From: Patescibacteria group bacterium
GTDB lineage: Bacteria > Patescibacteriota > Minisyncoccia > 2-02-FULL-40-12 > IGHO2-01-FULL-4-A
Assembly: GCA_038064015.1 (NCBI GenBank)
Contig: JBBTUB010000023.1
Location: 369-64,368 of the forward strand
Direction: 5' to 3'
DNA: 64,000 bases
This document shows positions 8,625 through 18,328 of the stretch, one piece after another. Each line of letters begins with the position of its first letter. Position 1 is the first letter of the stretch. Both the position numbers and the translations under genes were made by a program. Under the pieces are notes generated by a model. It saw nothing but the letters and a program-made list of their open reading frames with translations, was not told the origin of the DNA and searched no databases.

Positions 8625-9364
8625 GGTGAGAAGATGAAAAGTATGGAGCTTTGTGCGGGATCAAAAAGCAGTGAAGCTCGCACGTCTTTAAAAAGCGTGT
8701 TCTCCCCGCGGTCAACATGGGCAACCGTGCCGATGGCCAACCCCTCCGGGAACACATCAAGGCCGCTCGTCACAATGGTAGCTCCGACCTCAAGGGTTTC
8801 AGTATGGGCAATGAGATTAATTGCGGCTTCGTTGCGCAACGCTCCTTTGGACTCGGCAAGAATCGACGTCCCAAGAACCCGCGCGCTGATGATGCGCCGC
8901 GGATCATCAGCCAAAATCACTCGGGATGAATGCTCAAATGCCTCTCCGATGGTACCAACCAAAATATTGCCCGGGGCAACCACCACCATACCCGACGCCA
9001 GGCCATCAGCTTTCCCTCGATCGATCATAAGCGTGGAGACCAACGGGGTTCGCTGAAGCGAGAAAATTTTTGCCGCTATCCGCGCCGGCTGCGTCCGGCC
9101 TTCCACGCGAAGTTGCCGCCGGAGCGCTTCGTTCTCGCGCTCAAGCGCTTCGGTTGTTACAATCTTACCGATAAGCTCATTACGCTCTTGCTCGAGCTTT
9201 GCGATTCTTTTGCTTTGCAGTTTGCTTTCAAAAAACGATACCGGCCGAGCGGCAATGCGGTAGAAAAAACCCTGCAACGGATTGCTCAAAAACACGCTGT
9301 TGAGCGCGATGATGACAGCTACCACAATCACAATTTTTAGATATAGGCTTCTTTTGCGCTCCAT
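8621..9364 (-). CDS. mreC: Rod shape-determining protein MreC
   Basis: TM + coiled coil (LERENEALRRQL), IDRGKADG, VTSGLDVFPEGLAIGTV; start taken at MERK (9364). Confidence 0.9.
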   Translation of the reverse strand: MERKRSLYLKIVIVVAVIIALNSVFLSNPLQGFFYRIAARPVSFFESKLQSKRIAKLEQERNELIGKIVTTEALERENEALRRQLRVEGRTQPARIAAKIFSLQRTPLVSTLMIDRGKADGLASGMVVVAPGNILVGTIGEAFEHSSRVILADDPRRIISARVLGTSILAESKGALRNEAAINLIAHTETLEVGATIVTSGLDVFPEGLAIGTVAHVDRGENTLFKDVRASLLFDPAQSSILFIFSP

Positions 9365-10386
9365 ACGAGAATGGGCTTGAGCTCTTCGATATGTTCGAGA
9401 ACCATACCGCACCCGCGCACGACCGAAGTAAGCGGGTCGTCGATGATTTTGACGGGGAGATTGGTCTCGTGATTAATCAGTTCGTCCAGTCCGCGAAGTA
9501 AGCTGCCCCCGCCGGCCAAGATGATGCTTCGATTGATAAGATCCGCGATCAGTTCAGGCGGAGTTTCCTCGATGGTATTTTTGATCGCCACGACGATCGC
9601 GCGGATGGAGCCGTGCATCGCTTTGCGGATCTCTTGAGAATTCACGCTGATTTCTTTGGGAAGTCCCGTCAGCACATCACGCCCCCGCACGCGCATGGTG
9701 AGTTCTTCAGCCAGCGGGTACGCCGAACCGACGGTAAGCTTGATCGTCTCCGCGGTCATTTCACCGATGAGCATATTGTGCTCATCGCGGACAAATTGCG
9801 TGATATCGGTGGTGAGGCGGTCGCCCGCGATTTTCAGTGACCGTGAAGCAACGACGCCTCCCATGGAAATCACCGCCACGTCCGTGGTGCCTCCGCCAAT
9901 GTCCACCACAAAATTCGCTGCCGCTTCTTGGACGGGCAACCGAGCACCCAGGGCGGCGGCCATCGGTTCTTCAATCAGGTAGACCTCTCGCGCGCCGGCA
10001 TTGTACGCGGCGTCTTCGACGGCTTTTTTCTCGACCTCCGTGATACTGGCAGGAATTCCTATTACCACACGAGGACGCGGGACAAGGGTAAAAGATTTTT
10101 GGTGGGCACGATCAATGAAATATTTGAGCATCTGCTCGGTCACTTCAAAGTCCGAGACAACGCCGGCGATCAAAGGCTTGGAGACCTGGATGAACCCGGG
10201 CGTACGGCCAACCATCTTTCGTGCCTCCTGGCCGATTGCCAGTATTTGCCCGGTTTTTTTATTGATCGCGACAATCGACGGCTCATTGATGATGATGCCT
10301 TCATTCTTTACGTATACCAATGTATTGGCAGTACCGAGGTCAATGCCAATGTCTTTTGAAAAAAGCCCGAAAAGCTTGTTGAGCAT
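9337..10386 (-). CDS. mreB: Rod shape-determining protein MreB
   Basis: DIGIDLGTANT, IEEPMAAA, VDIGGGTT, LAGGGSLL. Confidence 0.98.
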   Translation of the reverse strand: MLNKLFGLFSKDIGIDLGTANTLVYVKNEGIIINEPSIVAINKKTGQILAIGQEARKMVGRTPGFIQVSKPLIAGVVSDFEVTEQMLKYFIDRAHQKSFTLVPRPRVVIGIPASITEVEKKAVEDAAYNAGAREVYLIEEPMAAALGARLPVQEAAANFVVDIGGGTTDVAVISMGGVVASRSLKIAGDRLTTDITQFVRDEHNMLIGEMTAETIKLTVGSAYPLAEELTMRVRGRDVLTGLPKEISVNSQEIRKAMHGSIRAIVVAIKNTIEETPPELIADLINRSIILAGGGSLLRGLDELINHETNLPVKIIDDPLTSVVRGCGMVLEHIEELKPILVWSAKEAYI

Positions 10387-10390
10387 GGAG

Positions 10391-11587
10391 CTACTGTAGC
10401 ATAGCTGCCAGCTCCGTCAAAGGCACGATCTTGGACTCTTCAGCGCCACGTTTTTTTACTTCGATACCCTGATGTTCTAAAGTTTTTTTGCTGACCACCA
10501 GCCGTATCGGGCACCCGATCAAATCCGCATCAGCAAATTTCTCTCCGGCAGATTTATCGGGCCTATCGTCATAGAGCATAGAACCTGGATCATAGAGTTT
10601 TTCTGCCTCTTGTTCTCCACCCGGCAAAGCAATGAGATGCGCGCGAAATGGCGCGAGCGTCCGGGGCCAGATCATGCCGCGATCATCATGATGCACCTCG
10701 ACAACCGTCCCTAGCACCCGGCTCAAGCCGATGCCATAGCAACCCATGACGACATGTTTCTTCTCGCCTGCTGCATCAGTGAATTGCAAATTCAGCGCCT
10801 CGCTATACTTCGTGCCAAGCGGGAAAATATTGCCAACTTCGATAGATTTCTCTTCTACTAACTCCTCGCCACATTTTGGACAAGATTTCTCGTCGGCGAT
10901 TTCTGTGTTGATCGCCCACGAGCATTTTGGACACAACAAAATCAAATCTTCGCCGGCTTTGGTGAGTACCTGGAATTCATGCGTATTGCTCGTGGTGAAG
11001 TCTCCGCCGGCCGCGACCGTGTAGTATGCTTTCAGCCCGCAGCGCTCAAAAATCTTTCGATATGCTTCGCCTACTTTGGCATAATAGTCCAAGAAATCGC
11101 CTTCATCAGCGTGAAAGCTGTACATGTCTTTCATGAGAAATTCCCGCCCGCGCAACAGTCCCGACTTGGCACGCGCTTCGTTGCGAAACTTGGTCTGAAA
11201 CTGATACGCGGCAAATGGCAAATCATGATACGAGCTGGTATATCGCCCCGCCATGGCCGTCAAAATCTCTTCATGCGACCATCCGAGAATAAAATTATCG
11301 TCGCCCGTCTTAAACCCCACCTTAATATCAGCCCGCCCCGCGGCTTCGTAGTATTTTTTGTCGATAAGCGCAGGCATGAGCATCTCCGTCCCGCCCACCG
11401 CGTTCATCTCTTCTCTGATAATCGCTTTGATTTTCTCCAGCACCCGAAATCCCAGCGGCATATACGTATAGATCCCCGCGGAATTTTTATACACAAATCC
11501 CCCACGCTCAAGCAATTGCGCATTGACGCTGACTTCATCAGCGGGATTCTCGCGAGTGGTGCGGGTAAAAAGCTTAGAAAGGCGCAT
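10391..11587 (-). CDS. proS: Proline--tRNA ligase, short form lacking the INS editing domain
   Basis: MRLSKLF, KFRNEARAKSGLLRGREFLMKDMYSF, GCYGIG, GEKFADADLIG; a CxxC..CxxC segment sits where INS would be. Confidence 0.95.
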   Translation of the reverse strand: MRLSKLFTRTTRENPADEVSVNAQLLERGGFVYKNSAGIYTYMPLGFRVLEKIKAIIREEMNAVGGTEMLMPALIDKKYYEAAGRADIKVGFKTGDDNFILGWSHEEILTAMAGRYTSSYHDLPFAAYQFQTKFRNEARAKSGLLRGREFLMKDMYSFHADEGDFLDYYAKVGEAYRKIFERCGLKAYYTVAAGGDFTTSNTHEFQVLTKAGEDLILLCPKCSWAINTEIADEKSCPKCGEELVEEKSIEVGNIFPLGTKYSEALNLQFTDAAGEKKHVVMGCYGIGLSRVLGTVVEVHHDDRGMIWPRTLAPFRAHLIALPGGEQEAEKLYDPGSMLYDDRPDKSAGEKFADADLIGCPIRLVVSKKTLEHQGIEVKKRGAEESKIVPLTELAAMLQ

Positions 11588-11602
11588 GGGGCTAGTATAT
11601 CA

Positions 11603-12277
11603 CTACTCTTTCTTTTTTATAAGCGTCCGTTCCCAGTCAACGGGCGTCACTGAAATGACTTTTTTATGTTCAAAATCAATTTTTACGATCATGTCCTTGA
11701 GATGCCATGGACGAATAATTCCTTCCTCCTCGAATTTCAAGCTAAGTTCAGCCATCTCCATCGTTGCTTGAGTAACAATTTCGTCAATGTCTTGCAAACT
11801 AAACCCGTGCCGTATGAGATTTTGCTTCGCTTCATCGGCAACTCCTTCTTTTTCCACGAAAAGGCGCTCACCCTCAAGACGCTCCATCACCAGTAAATGC
11901 TGACCATCTTTTTCAATTCGAGCAAGCGGACGCGCGCACGGCAGATGATGCTCTTGAATATGCGTCATGATTTCAAATTCGTGAAGCGGGTTTTGCGTCT
12001 CTCCAATTTGATGCCTTTGTAGATTTACTTTTTTTCCCACAACTCTGACAGGGATATCTGTATCTTTTAATTTCCAATCAGGTAGGTCCCTCACGGCGCG
12101 ATGATTCCGCGCGACAATACCTTCTACGTATCTAACTTTATCTCCAGGCCTTGTATTTTTTCCCTCACGCTCAAAATATCCAAAAGGATCATTTAAGAAT
12201 TCGTCTGGAGCAACGACTTCGGCATCAACGAAGATAATTTCTTTACGTGATTGTAACTCCGCGCTTTCCCTACTCAT
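11603..12277 (-). CDS. Hypothetical protein, probable Kdo/WaaP/RIO-like kinase fold
   Basis: VVGKK...HEFEIM...LPCARPLA...LLVMERLEG...GII...VDWE spacing. Confidence 0.5.
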   Translation of the reverse strand: MSRESAELQSRKEIIFVDAEVVAPDEFLNDPFGYFEREGKNTRPGDKVRYVEGIVARNHRAVRDLPDWKLKDTDIPVRVVGKKVNLQRHQIGETQNPLHEFEIMTHIQEHHLPCARPLARIEKDGQHLLVMERLEGERLFVEKEGVADEAKQNLIRHGFSLQDIDEIVTQATMEMAELSLKFEEEGIIRPWHLKDMIVKIDFEHKKVISVTPVDWERTLIKKKE

Positions 12278-12278
12278 A

Positions 12279-13316
12279 CTAGAGGAATTTCAAAACATCT
12301 TTTGCCGTGATGAAGAACATCAGCAATAAAAGGAGGACAAAGCCGACTGCATTGAAGCCGTTTTCGACGCGGCGGGGCAGCGGGCTGCCTTTGATTTTTT
12401 CGATGATGAGGAAGAGGAAGCGGCCACCATCAAGCGCCGGGAACGGCACGACGTTGATCACCGCGAGGTTGAGCGAAATAATTGCCATGAATTGGATAAG
12501 ATAGACAAGTCCGAGACGTGCCGCTTCGCCTGCAAAAATCGCAATACCCACCGGCCCGGCGATTTCTACGCCTGCTTTGCCGGTAGTAAAAAGATGCTTC
12601 AATAATCCCGCAAATCCGGCTGCCATCGCCCACGTCCCCTTCACGGCATCCACGGCACCTCGCCACAATGCTTGGTGCCAGGGATATTTTTGGATCTTTT
12701 CCAGTTCTGCGAAGCTGATTCCCACCGCGCCCTCGCCGGGAGGAGGATTGGTGCGCGGTGTCATCGTAAGCGTGAGTACCTCTTTTTTAATAAAAAACTT
12801 TGTTCTTCGAACCGAGATTGAGATAGATTGCCCTTTATGATCGGCAATGAATTTTTGTGCAACGTTGATGTTTTCAAAGCCCAAGAGTTCATCATATTTT
12901 TTCATGCCGGCTTCACTGGCGGGACTTTTGGGAGCAATTTCCCGGATGACAATCTTGGAATCCGCCCCTCGCATGTTAACAATCGCCAAAAGGACTGCCG
13001 CCAGTATGACGTTCATGACTACCCCAGCCAAAATAACGCTCGCCCGCCTCCAAAAACTTTTCGTGCTAAAACTCTTCTGATCGACTCGATCATCGCCATC
13101 CTCACCTTGGATTTTTACGAATCCCCCAAACGGTATCGCGTTGATCGTATAGGTTGTCTCGCTATTCTTGGGTTTATACCCCCAAAGTCTCGGCGGAAAC
13201 CCGAAGCCAAACTCCTCCACCTTCATCCCCGCCCGCTTCGCCATCACAAAATGCCCCAGTTCGTGGACAAAGACGATCACCGACAGGACGATAATAAAAA
13301 TAATCGCGGTAATCAT
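12279..13316 (-). CDS. rseP: RIP metalloprotease RseP (M50) with PDZ domain
   Basis: HELGH, NAIPFGGFV, AGVVMN, PFPALDGG. Confidence 0.95.
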   Translation of the reverse strand: MITAIIFIIVLSVIVFVHELGHFVMAKRAGMKVEEFGFGFPPRLWGYKPKNSETTYTINAIPFGGFVKIQGEDGDDRVDQKSFSTKSFWRRASVILAGVVMNVILAAVLLAIVNMRGADSKIVIREIAPKSPASEAGMKKYDELLGFENINVAQKFIADHKGQSISISVRRTKFFIKKEVLTLTMTPRTNPPPGEGAVGISFAELEKIQKYPWHQALWRGAVDAVKGTWAMAAGFAGLLKHLFTTGKAGVEIAGPVGIAIFAGEAARLGLVYLIQFMAIISLNLAVINVVPFPALDGGRFLFLIIEKIKGSPLPRRVENGFNAVGFVLLLLLMFFITAKDVLKFL

Positions 13317-13558
13317 GCGGTCTTGGGTGCATGACCCTCGAGTTTCCTTTCAACTTTGGTAAGTCTCTCCTCAAAGCCTTTTTGACCAACCTTGATAGCT
13401 GCAACATCATCGATAAGCTTCTCCTGGCCTTTTTTTAAATCTTTAATATCGTCCTGGATTGCAGGAATCACGCTGACAAACTCAAGAATCGTCTTGATAT
13501 TGCTCGCCATATCCTCATGCATGACCTCCCGCTCTTTTTTCTTTGTTATGACAGGCAT
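13313..13558 (-). CDS. Small coiled-coil hypothetical protein
   Basis: MPVITKKKERE...heptad repeats; TACAAT 6 nt upstream of ATG 13558; stop overlaps the rseP start. Confidence 0.6.
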   Translation of the reverse strand: MPVITKKKEREVMHEDMASNIKTILEFVSVIPAIQDDIKDLKKGQEKLIDDVAAIKVGQKGFEERLTKVERKLEGHAPKTA

Positions 13559-13610
13559 AGTCCAATTGTAGTCGAGATAATGTAATGGGTCAAACCATGG
13601 CCGCGACAGT

Positions 13611-14531
13611 TCATTTCTCAAACGCAGAAACAAGTACTTTCTTAATCGCGCCTGTTCTTAGCCCCTCTAAGTCTCTATAAGTATTCTGCAATATTCGTAA
13701 TCCGGCTTTTTTGCCTGCTTGCCCGATGGAATCTTTAAAAATATCGATAAATGCAGGTTCAGCTCTCAAATATCGAGTTATCCCAGCCAGCGAGGATAGC
13801 TCCTCGATAATCCTCCAGAAACCCTCTTGATCCCCTCCTCCATGTTCAAGTAAAATCAACTGATGGATGTAGGTTGGATCTTCTAGATTCTCTCGTATAT
13901 TCTGAGCGAACTGTGCGCCTTCTTTTCGATTAATATATTCAAATAATTCATTCAGGCGCGATCGGTGGATTGTATAATATCGCATGTTACCTTGGTCGAG
14001 ATAGGGTATAGGAATTTTGCCCATCTTCATAAACTGGTCCAAAATAACAAGGCTATTTGGGCGCAGGTCTAAAAGATGTAAAAACCTTCCTCCTGGTTTT
14101 AAAACCCTCCTCAATTCGGAAAATGCGGTCGCTAAGTCGTCGTCAAAAAGCGTATCAAATGAGGCCAGAGAAAGAACGTTCGCAAGACTTTCATCTCCGA
14201 ATGGCAATTTCAGAGCATCCGCCCGTACCCGATTACCTTCGTACAATCGATTATTAGATCTAAAAATTGCTTCTGAGTTTTCTGTTTCAATAATTCTCGA
14301 ATCCTGTGTTATTGACTTCAACGCACCATCACCAGCACCAAGTTCGATAATGGGCTCCTGATTGTTAAAAAATTGCTCGAAGAGTTTTGCGCAAAGCGAC
14401 TTCATTGACTCGGTCGTTTCTGCTCTTACTTTTCTAAAACGATCAAAATGACGTGGATCTCCCCAACTCGCTTTTGTTAATGTCTTATACTCCTCCGGAA
14501 CTCCAGCATGTTTTCCTGATTCTCGGATCAT
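13611..14531 (-). CDS. Class I SAM-dependent methyltransferase
   Basis: IIELGAGDG, ADALKLPFGDES, ELRRVLKPGG. Confidence 0.88.
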   Translation of the reverse strand: MIRESGKHAGVPEEYKTLTKASWGDPRHFDRFRKVRAETTESMKSLCAKLFEQFFNNQEPIIELGAGDGALKSITQDSRIIETENSEAIFRSNNRLYEGNRVRADALKLPFGDESLANVLSLASFDTLFDDDLATAFSELRRVLKPGGRFLHLLDLRPNSLVILDQFMKMGKIPIPYLDQGNMRYYTIHRSRLNELFEYINRKEGAQFAQNIRENLEDPTYIHQLILLEHGGGDQEGFWRIIEELSSLAGITRYLRAEPAFIDIFKDSIGQAGKKAGLRILQNTYRDLEGLRTGAIKKVLVSAFEK

Positions 14532-14537
14532 AGGCGA

Positions 14538-15095
14538 TCATGTCATCAATTCCCCTTCTTTTTTCTTCTCAAGCTCTTCAATCTTGCGGTTGTGCTCGTC
14601 GACGATTTTTTGGAGGTCTTCGCGGCCGCGGAACTTTTCGTCTTCGCGGATCTCGCCGTCTTGCGCCATCGTCTGGATTTTTTCCCACATTTCTTCCCGC
14701 AAGCGGCGGATTTTTACTTTTGATTCTTCAGATTTCGCTTTGAGCATTTTGATAAAGTCCTTTCGGCGCTCTTCGGTCAGGGACGGGATCGACAATCGGA
14801 TAATCTCCCCGTCCACGACGGGATTGAGGCCGATGTCCGACTTGCGGATGGCGGCGGAAATCGGCTCCAGCGTGCCTTTGTCCCATGGCTGGATGACCAA
14901 GGTGCGCGGCTCAGGCGTCGCAAGCGATGCGAGCTCTTTGATATGCATCTTTTGCCCATACGCGTCCACGATGATGTCTTCCGCAAGTGCCGGCGTCGCT
15001 CTTCCCGTCCGAATCGAAGCGATGTCGGATTTATAAAAATCAATAATATGGTCAAAATCGCTTTTGTGCTTGGTAAAGATGTCTTTGAGTGTCAT
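14538..15095 (-). CDS. frr: Ribosome recycling factor
   Basis: IRTGRATP, IQPWD, PSLTEERRK; start taken at MTLKD (15095). Confidence 0.96.
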   Translation of the reverse strand: MTLKDIFTKHKSDFDHIIDFYKSDIASIRTGRATPALAEDIIVDAYGQKMHIKELASLATPEPRTLVIQPWDKGTLEPISAAIRKSDIGLNPVVDGEIIRLSIPSLTEERRKDFIKMLKAKSEESKVKIRRLREEMWEKIQTMAQDGEIREDEKFRGREDLQKIVDEHNRKIEELEKKKEGELMT

Positions 15096-15097
15096 TG

Positions 15098-15844
15098 CTA
15101 TAATTCTAGCATAAACTGCTCCAAAGCCAATTGCTTGCCGAATTGCGGCTTGGAGATGGTGTTGTAAAGCTCGAGCAACCCTCGAAGCGGCTTGTAAAGC
15201 TTTTTCGTGCGCAGGTAGAGCATCCAAAAAAGAATTTTTTGCGGAAGTGACTCGTCCTCGGCAAGTTGCTGCGCCGCCGTAAATCGCTGGCTGATATCGG
15301 CTTGAGAGAGCTTCGTAAATTCCTCGGCGTATGCTTTAATTTTTTGGTAGTCAAGATTATAGAGCAGGCCGATACTGCCATTCGAAAATTCATACAGAAA
15401 ATCTTGCTGAGCCTTGGAAAGCTTAGTCGTTGCGAAAAATTCATCGTAGACCTTCCTGCCATGTGCCGGGAAAAAAAATTGCTGGCATCGCGAGAGAATC
15501 GTGGGCAAGAGCGAGTCGGGACTCGACGTGACGAGAATGCAGATCGAGCTTCGATTTGGCTCTTCAAGCATTTTCAAAAGAGCATTTTGCGCATCTTCAG
15601 TAAGCTTTTCTGCATGATCGATGATGGCGATTTTTGCCGTGCCGGCAAATGGCGTGAGGGATAAGAATTGCTTCACGTCCCGGATCGCGTCGATCAAAGG
15701 CGAATCAACCAGTACGATATCGGACGCGTCTGCGATATCATGCGCGAGCTCAAGCGCGTACGTTTTTTTGCCAATCATCTCCGGCCCCGCAAAAAGATAC
15801 GAACCGGGAACCAGGGTCATCGATTGAAAACCAAGGGTCTTCAT
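15098..15844 (-). CDS. holB: DNA polymerase III subunit delta'
   Basis: YLFAGPEMIGK, AQNALLKMLEEP, LLPTILSRCQ. Confidence 0.88.
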   Translation of the reverse strand: MKTLGFQSMTLVPGSYLFAGPEMIGKKTYALELAHDIADASDIVLVDSPLIDAIRDVKQFLSLTPFAGTAKIAIIDHAEKLTEDAQNALLKMLEEPNRSSICILVTSSPDSLLPTILSRCQQFFFPAHGRKVYDEFFATTKLSKAQQDFLYEFSNGSIGLLYNLDYQKIKAYAEEFTKLSQADISQRFTAAQQLAEDESLPQKILFWMLYLRTKKLYKPLRGLLELYNTISKPQFGKQLALEQFMLEL

Positions 15845-16842
15845 GCGACATCAAGCAATTCTTTTGCGATGATCGCCGCGGCATCGGGCTTGGCAAATGC
15901 TTTTACTTTTTGGCCAAGTTCCAGGCGTTGTTCATAGGCAAGGTTGATTTCGTTCATCAGGATATGCGGCGTGAGATTGTCTTGCTCGACAATGATCGCG
16001 CCATGTTGCGCGAATTCAAGCGCGTTGGTCATCTGGTGGTTCTGGGCGGAACCGTCCAGCGGCACGAGAATCGCCGGCTTCCCCGCCACGGCAATTTCAA
16101 AAATAGCCGATCCCGCGCGGGATACCACGACATCCGCGTCGGCGTACGCCTGCGCCATCTGCTGGACATCCCATGATCCGTCTTTTTGATGGATCACAAA
16201 GAATTTTTTAGAAAGCTCCGCCATCGCAAGATCAACAACTTCATTGATCGCTTGAGCGCCTTGGCTACCACCGGTGATGAAGACAACCGGCTTATCATAG
16301 GCTCGTCGCTCGCGGGGCACGATAAGCTCGGGCCGGATCGGATTGCCGATAACTTCGGTGCGATCGGGCTTAAAATACTGCCGCGCATGATCAAAGGCGA
16401 GGTAGACGCGACGGCAATGTCGCCCCCAAAAAAGATTGACTTTACCCGGCACCGAGTCTGACTCATGGACGATAATGGGCACAAAGAGCAACTTTGCCGC
16501 CAGGGCGGGCAAAAATGAAGCGTAGCCGCCTTTGACCAGCATGACGTCAGGCATATAGGCCCACACGTGGATAAACGCTTGGAGCAGCCCCAGAGGGATT
16601 TTGAAAAGATCAAGAATATTCTTGTAGCTGGCGTAGCGTCGCCACTTGGGTGCGATGACGCGGCGGAAAGGAAGATTGAGGTCCTTGGCCGCCCGCGCCA
16701 TGAGTTCGCCATCGCCGATAAAGCGGATACCAATTTTTTTATTGATTTTTACTTCTTGGACAAGCAGTTCTTCCGCTACGGCAACAAGCGGATACACATG
16801 CCCGCCCGTTCCCCCGCCTGCCAACATAATCCTGAATGACAT
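15841..16842 (-). CDS. murG: Lipid II GlcNAc transferase MurG
   Basis: GGGTGGHVYP, KGGYAS, HESD, GNPIR, GGSQGA, HQMTNA. Confidence 0.96.
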   Translation of the reverse strand: MSFRIMLAGGGTGGHVYPLVAVAEELLVQEVKINKKIGIRFIGDGELMARAAKDLNLPFRRVIAPKWRRYASYKNILDLFKIPLGLLQAFIHVWAYMPDVMLVKGGYASFLPALAAKLLFVPIIVHESDSVPGKVNLFWGRHCRRVYLAFDHARQYFKPDRTEVIGNPIRPELIVPRERRAYDKPVVFITGGSQGAQAINEVVDLAMAELSKKFFVIHQKDGSWDVQQMAQAYADADVVVSRAGSAIFEIAVAGKPAILVPLDGSAQNHQMTNALEFAQHGAIIVEQDNLTPHILMNEINLAYEQRLELGQKVKAFAKPDAAAIIAKELLDVA

Positions 16843-16863
16843 AAATTCTATACTACCATAATT

Positions 16864-17517
16864 CTACTTCACATGCTGGGTCGGCTGGACGGCGTGCTCA
16901 CGCCGATGACGGATGTCGACACGATGAGTTTGCCGAATCGCGCGAAGTTTTTTAAAGTCGCTATAGAGCGGGATGAGCAGTACGGTGGAAACATATCCCA
17001 GGCACGCGAGCAGGATCAGCACGGGAATGAAGCCGAACCGATCCGCGAGCAACGACCCGAGGTACCCGCTGGAGCCCACCGCGAGGCCAATCGCGATATC
17101 TTGAAGCGACCATTCATAACCCGTTGCGCCTTTATCCAGATGATCTGTAAAAAGAATGCGCCAACCGGGAACCGCCATGGAGTTACCGATGCCATGCAAA
17201 AATTGGATGACATATAATTGCCATGGTACATGCGCGAAAATAAGAAGCAGTGGCACGGTTGAAATCATCAAGGTACCAAAAATCGTAAAATAAAATTCAT
17301 CGCGCTCCCCGGCGGTACGATCCATGAAGCGAGAAAGCGGCGTCGTCGAGAGAATGCGCGCAAACCAATAGATACTCGTCGCGGTACCGATGACCCGCAA
17401 TGAGCTGCCTTCGACATTTTGGAGTACGAAAACTGCAAAAACAGGAGCTAATAGCCCGAATGCAAAGTTTAGAACAAGATCATACGCGATGAGATAGCGA
17501 ATGACGCGATTAATCAT
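16864..17517 (-). CDS. Half-size (~6 TM) MFS transporter
   Basis: Six hydrophobic segments with MFS-like SRFMDR and LADRFG loops. Confidence 0.75.
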   Translation of the reverse strand: MINRVIRYLIAYDLVLNFAFGLLAPVFAVFVLQNVEGSSLRVIGTATSIYWFARILSTTPLSRFMDRTAGERDEFYFTIFGTLMISTVPLLLIFAHVPWQLYVIQFLHGIGNSMAVPGWRILFTDHLDKGATGYEWSLQDIAIGLAVGSSGYLGSLLADRFGFIPVLILLACLGYVSTVLLIPLYSDFKKLRAIRQTHRVDIRHRREHAVQPTQHVK

Positions 17518-18322
17518 GAGCTAAAAGCTTGGCGCTGCGCGCGGTAAAGTATGCGGCAGCTACTGAAGTTCCTGCAATAGTTTTATACTCACCGGTTTCC
17601 CACGCATCAATAGTACCACGAGAACTCCACTCGGCGGGCGTTCCATTTTTGCTAAGCGCCCCGACGGCGGTGACACGGGGATATCGCGCAGGATACTCGA
17701 TACTGTCGGCAAATGGGCCGTTATTGCCCGCGGCTGCGACCAGGAGCACATCGCGATCAGCCGCATACGCAATGGCACCGGCAATCAATGGCGAAGGCTG
17801 TTCCGATCCAAAGCTCATGTTAATAATGCGCGCCTTGGCATCAGTAGCAAGACGAATCGCGGCGGCAATATCATCAGAAAAGCAATTCCCCTGCTTATCA
17901 CAAACTTTATAGCTAACAAGCTTTACATTTCCGACCGAAGTGATGATCTCAGCCATTGAGGTCCCGTGACCATGGTCATCTTCCACTCCAAAGCCGGTAT
18001 CGAGAATCGCCACGATAACGCCGTCCTCATCGGAAGACGATTGAATAATTCGAGATTGAGCAGGAGTCGAAGCAGAAATCACAAACACTCCCGCGCGCTC
18101 AACATCGCCGAACATTCTCGCGACGCGCACCTGAAAAGGTGTGAGATCGGCTGAAAAAGAGTTCCCAAAATCATGCCGGATCATGCCAACCGCCTTTCGA
18201 GCCATACCGCTCGAGGATTTTACCAGGTAGCGGTTGGTTTCTCCGAAGGCATGGGCGGGGCGGGCGAGAAGCAAGAATAAGCAAAAAAAGAGCGCGAATG
18301 CAATATATTTTGCTGTTTTCAT
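17510..18322 (-). CDS. Secreted minimal S8 subtilisin-like serine protease
   Basis: Signal peptide; triad ILDTG / HGHGT / GTS; AAAGN oxyanion motif. Confidence 0.9.
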   Translation of the reverse strand: MKTAKYIAFALFFCLFLLLARPAHAFGETNRYLVKSSSGMARKAVGMIRHDFGNSFSADLTPFQVRVARMFGDVERAGVFVISASTPAQSRIIQSSSDEDGVIVAILDTGFGVEDDHGHGTSMAEIITSVGNVKLVSYKVCDKQGNCFSDDIAAAIRLATDAKARIINMSFGSEQPSPLIAGAIAYAADRDVLLVAAAGNNGPFADSIEYPARYPRVTAVGALSKNGTPAEWSSRGTIDAWETGEYKTIAGTSVAAAYFTARSAKLLAHD

Positions 18323-18328
18323 GGATGC

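Noticed and set aside
15096-15227. Apparent N-terminal extension of Frr (similarly PurC 47643-47900, AbiEii 25920-26063, MreC 9365-9412)
   Set aside because: These extensions overlap upstream genes; internal ATGs match family N-termini.
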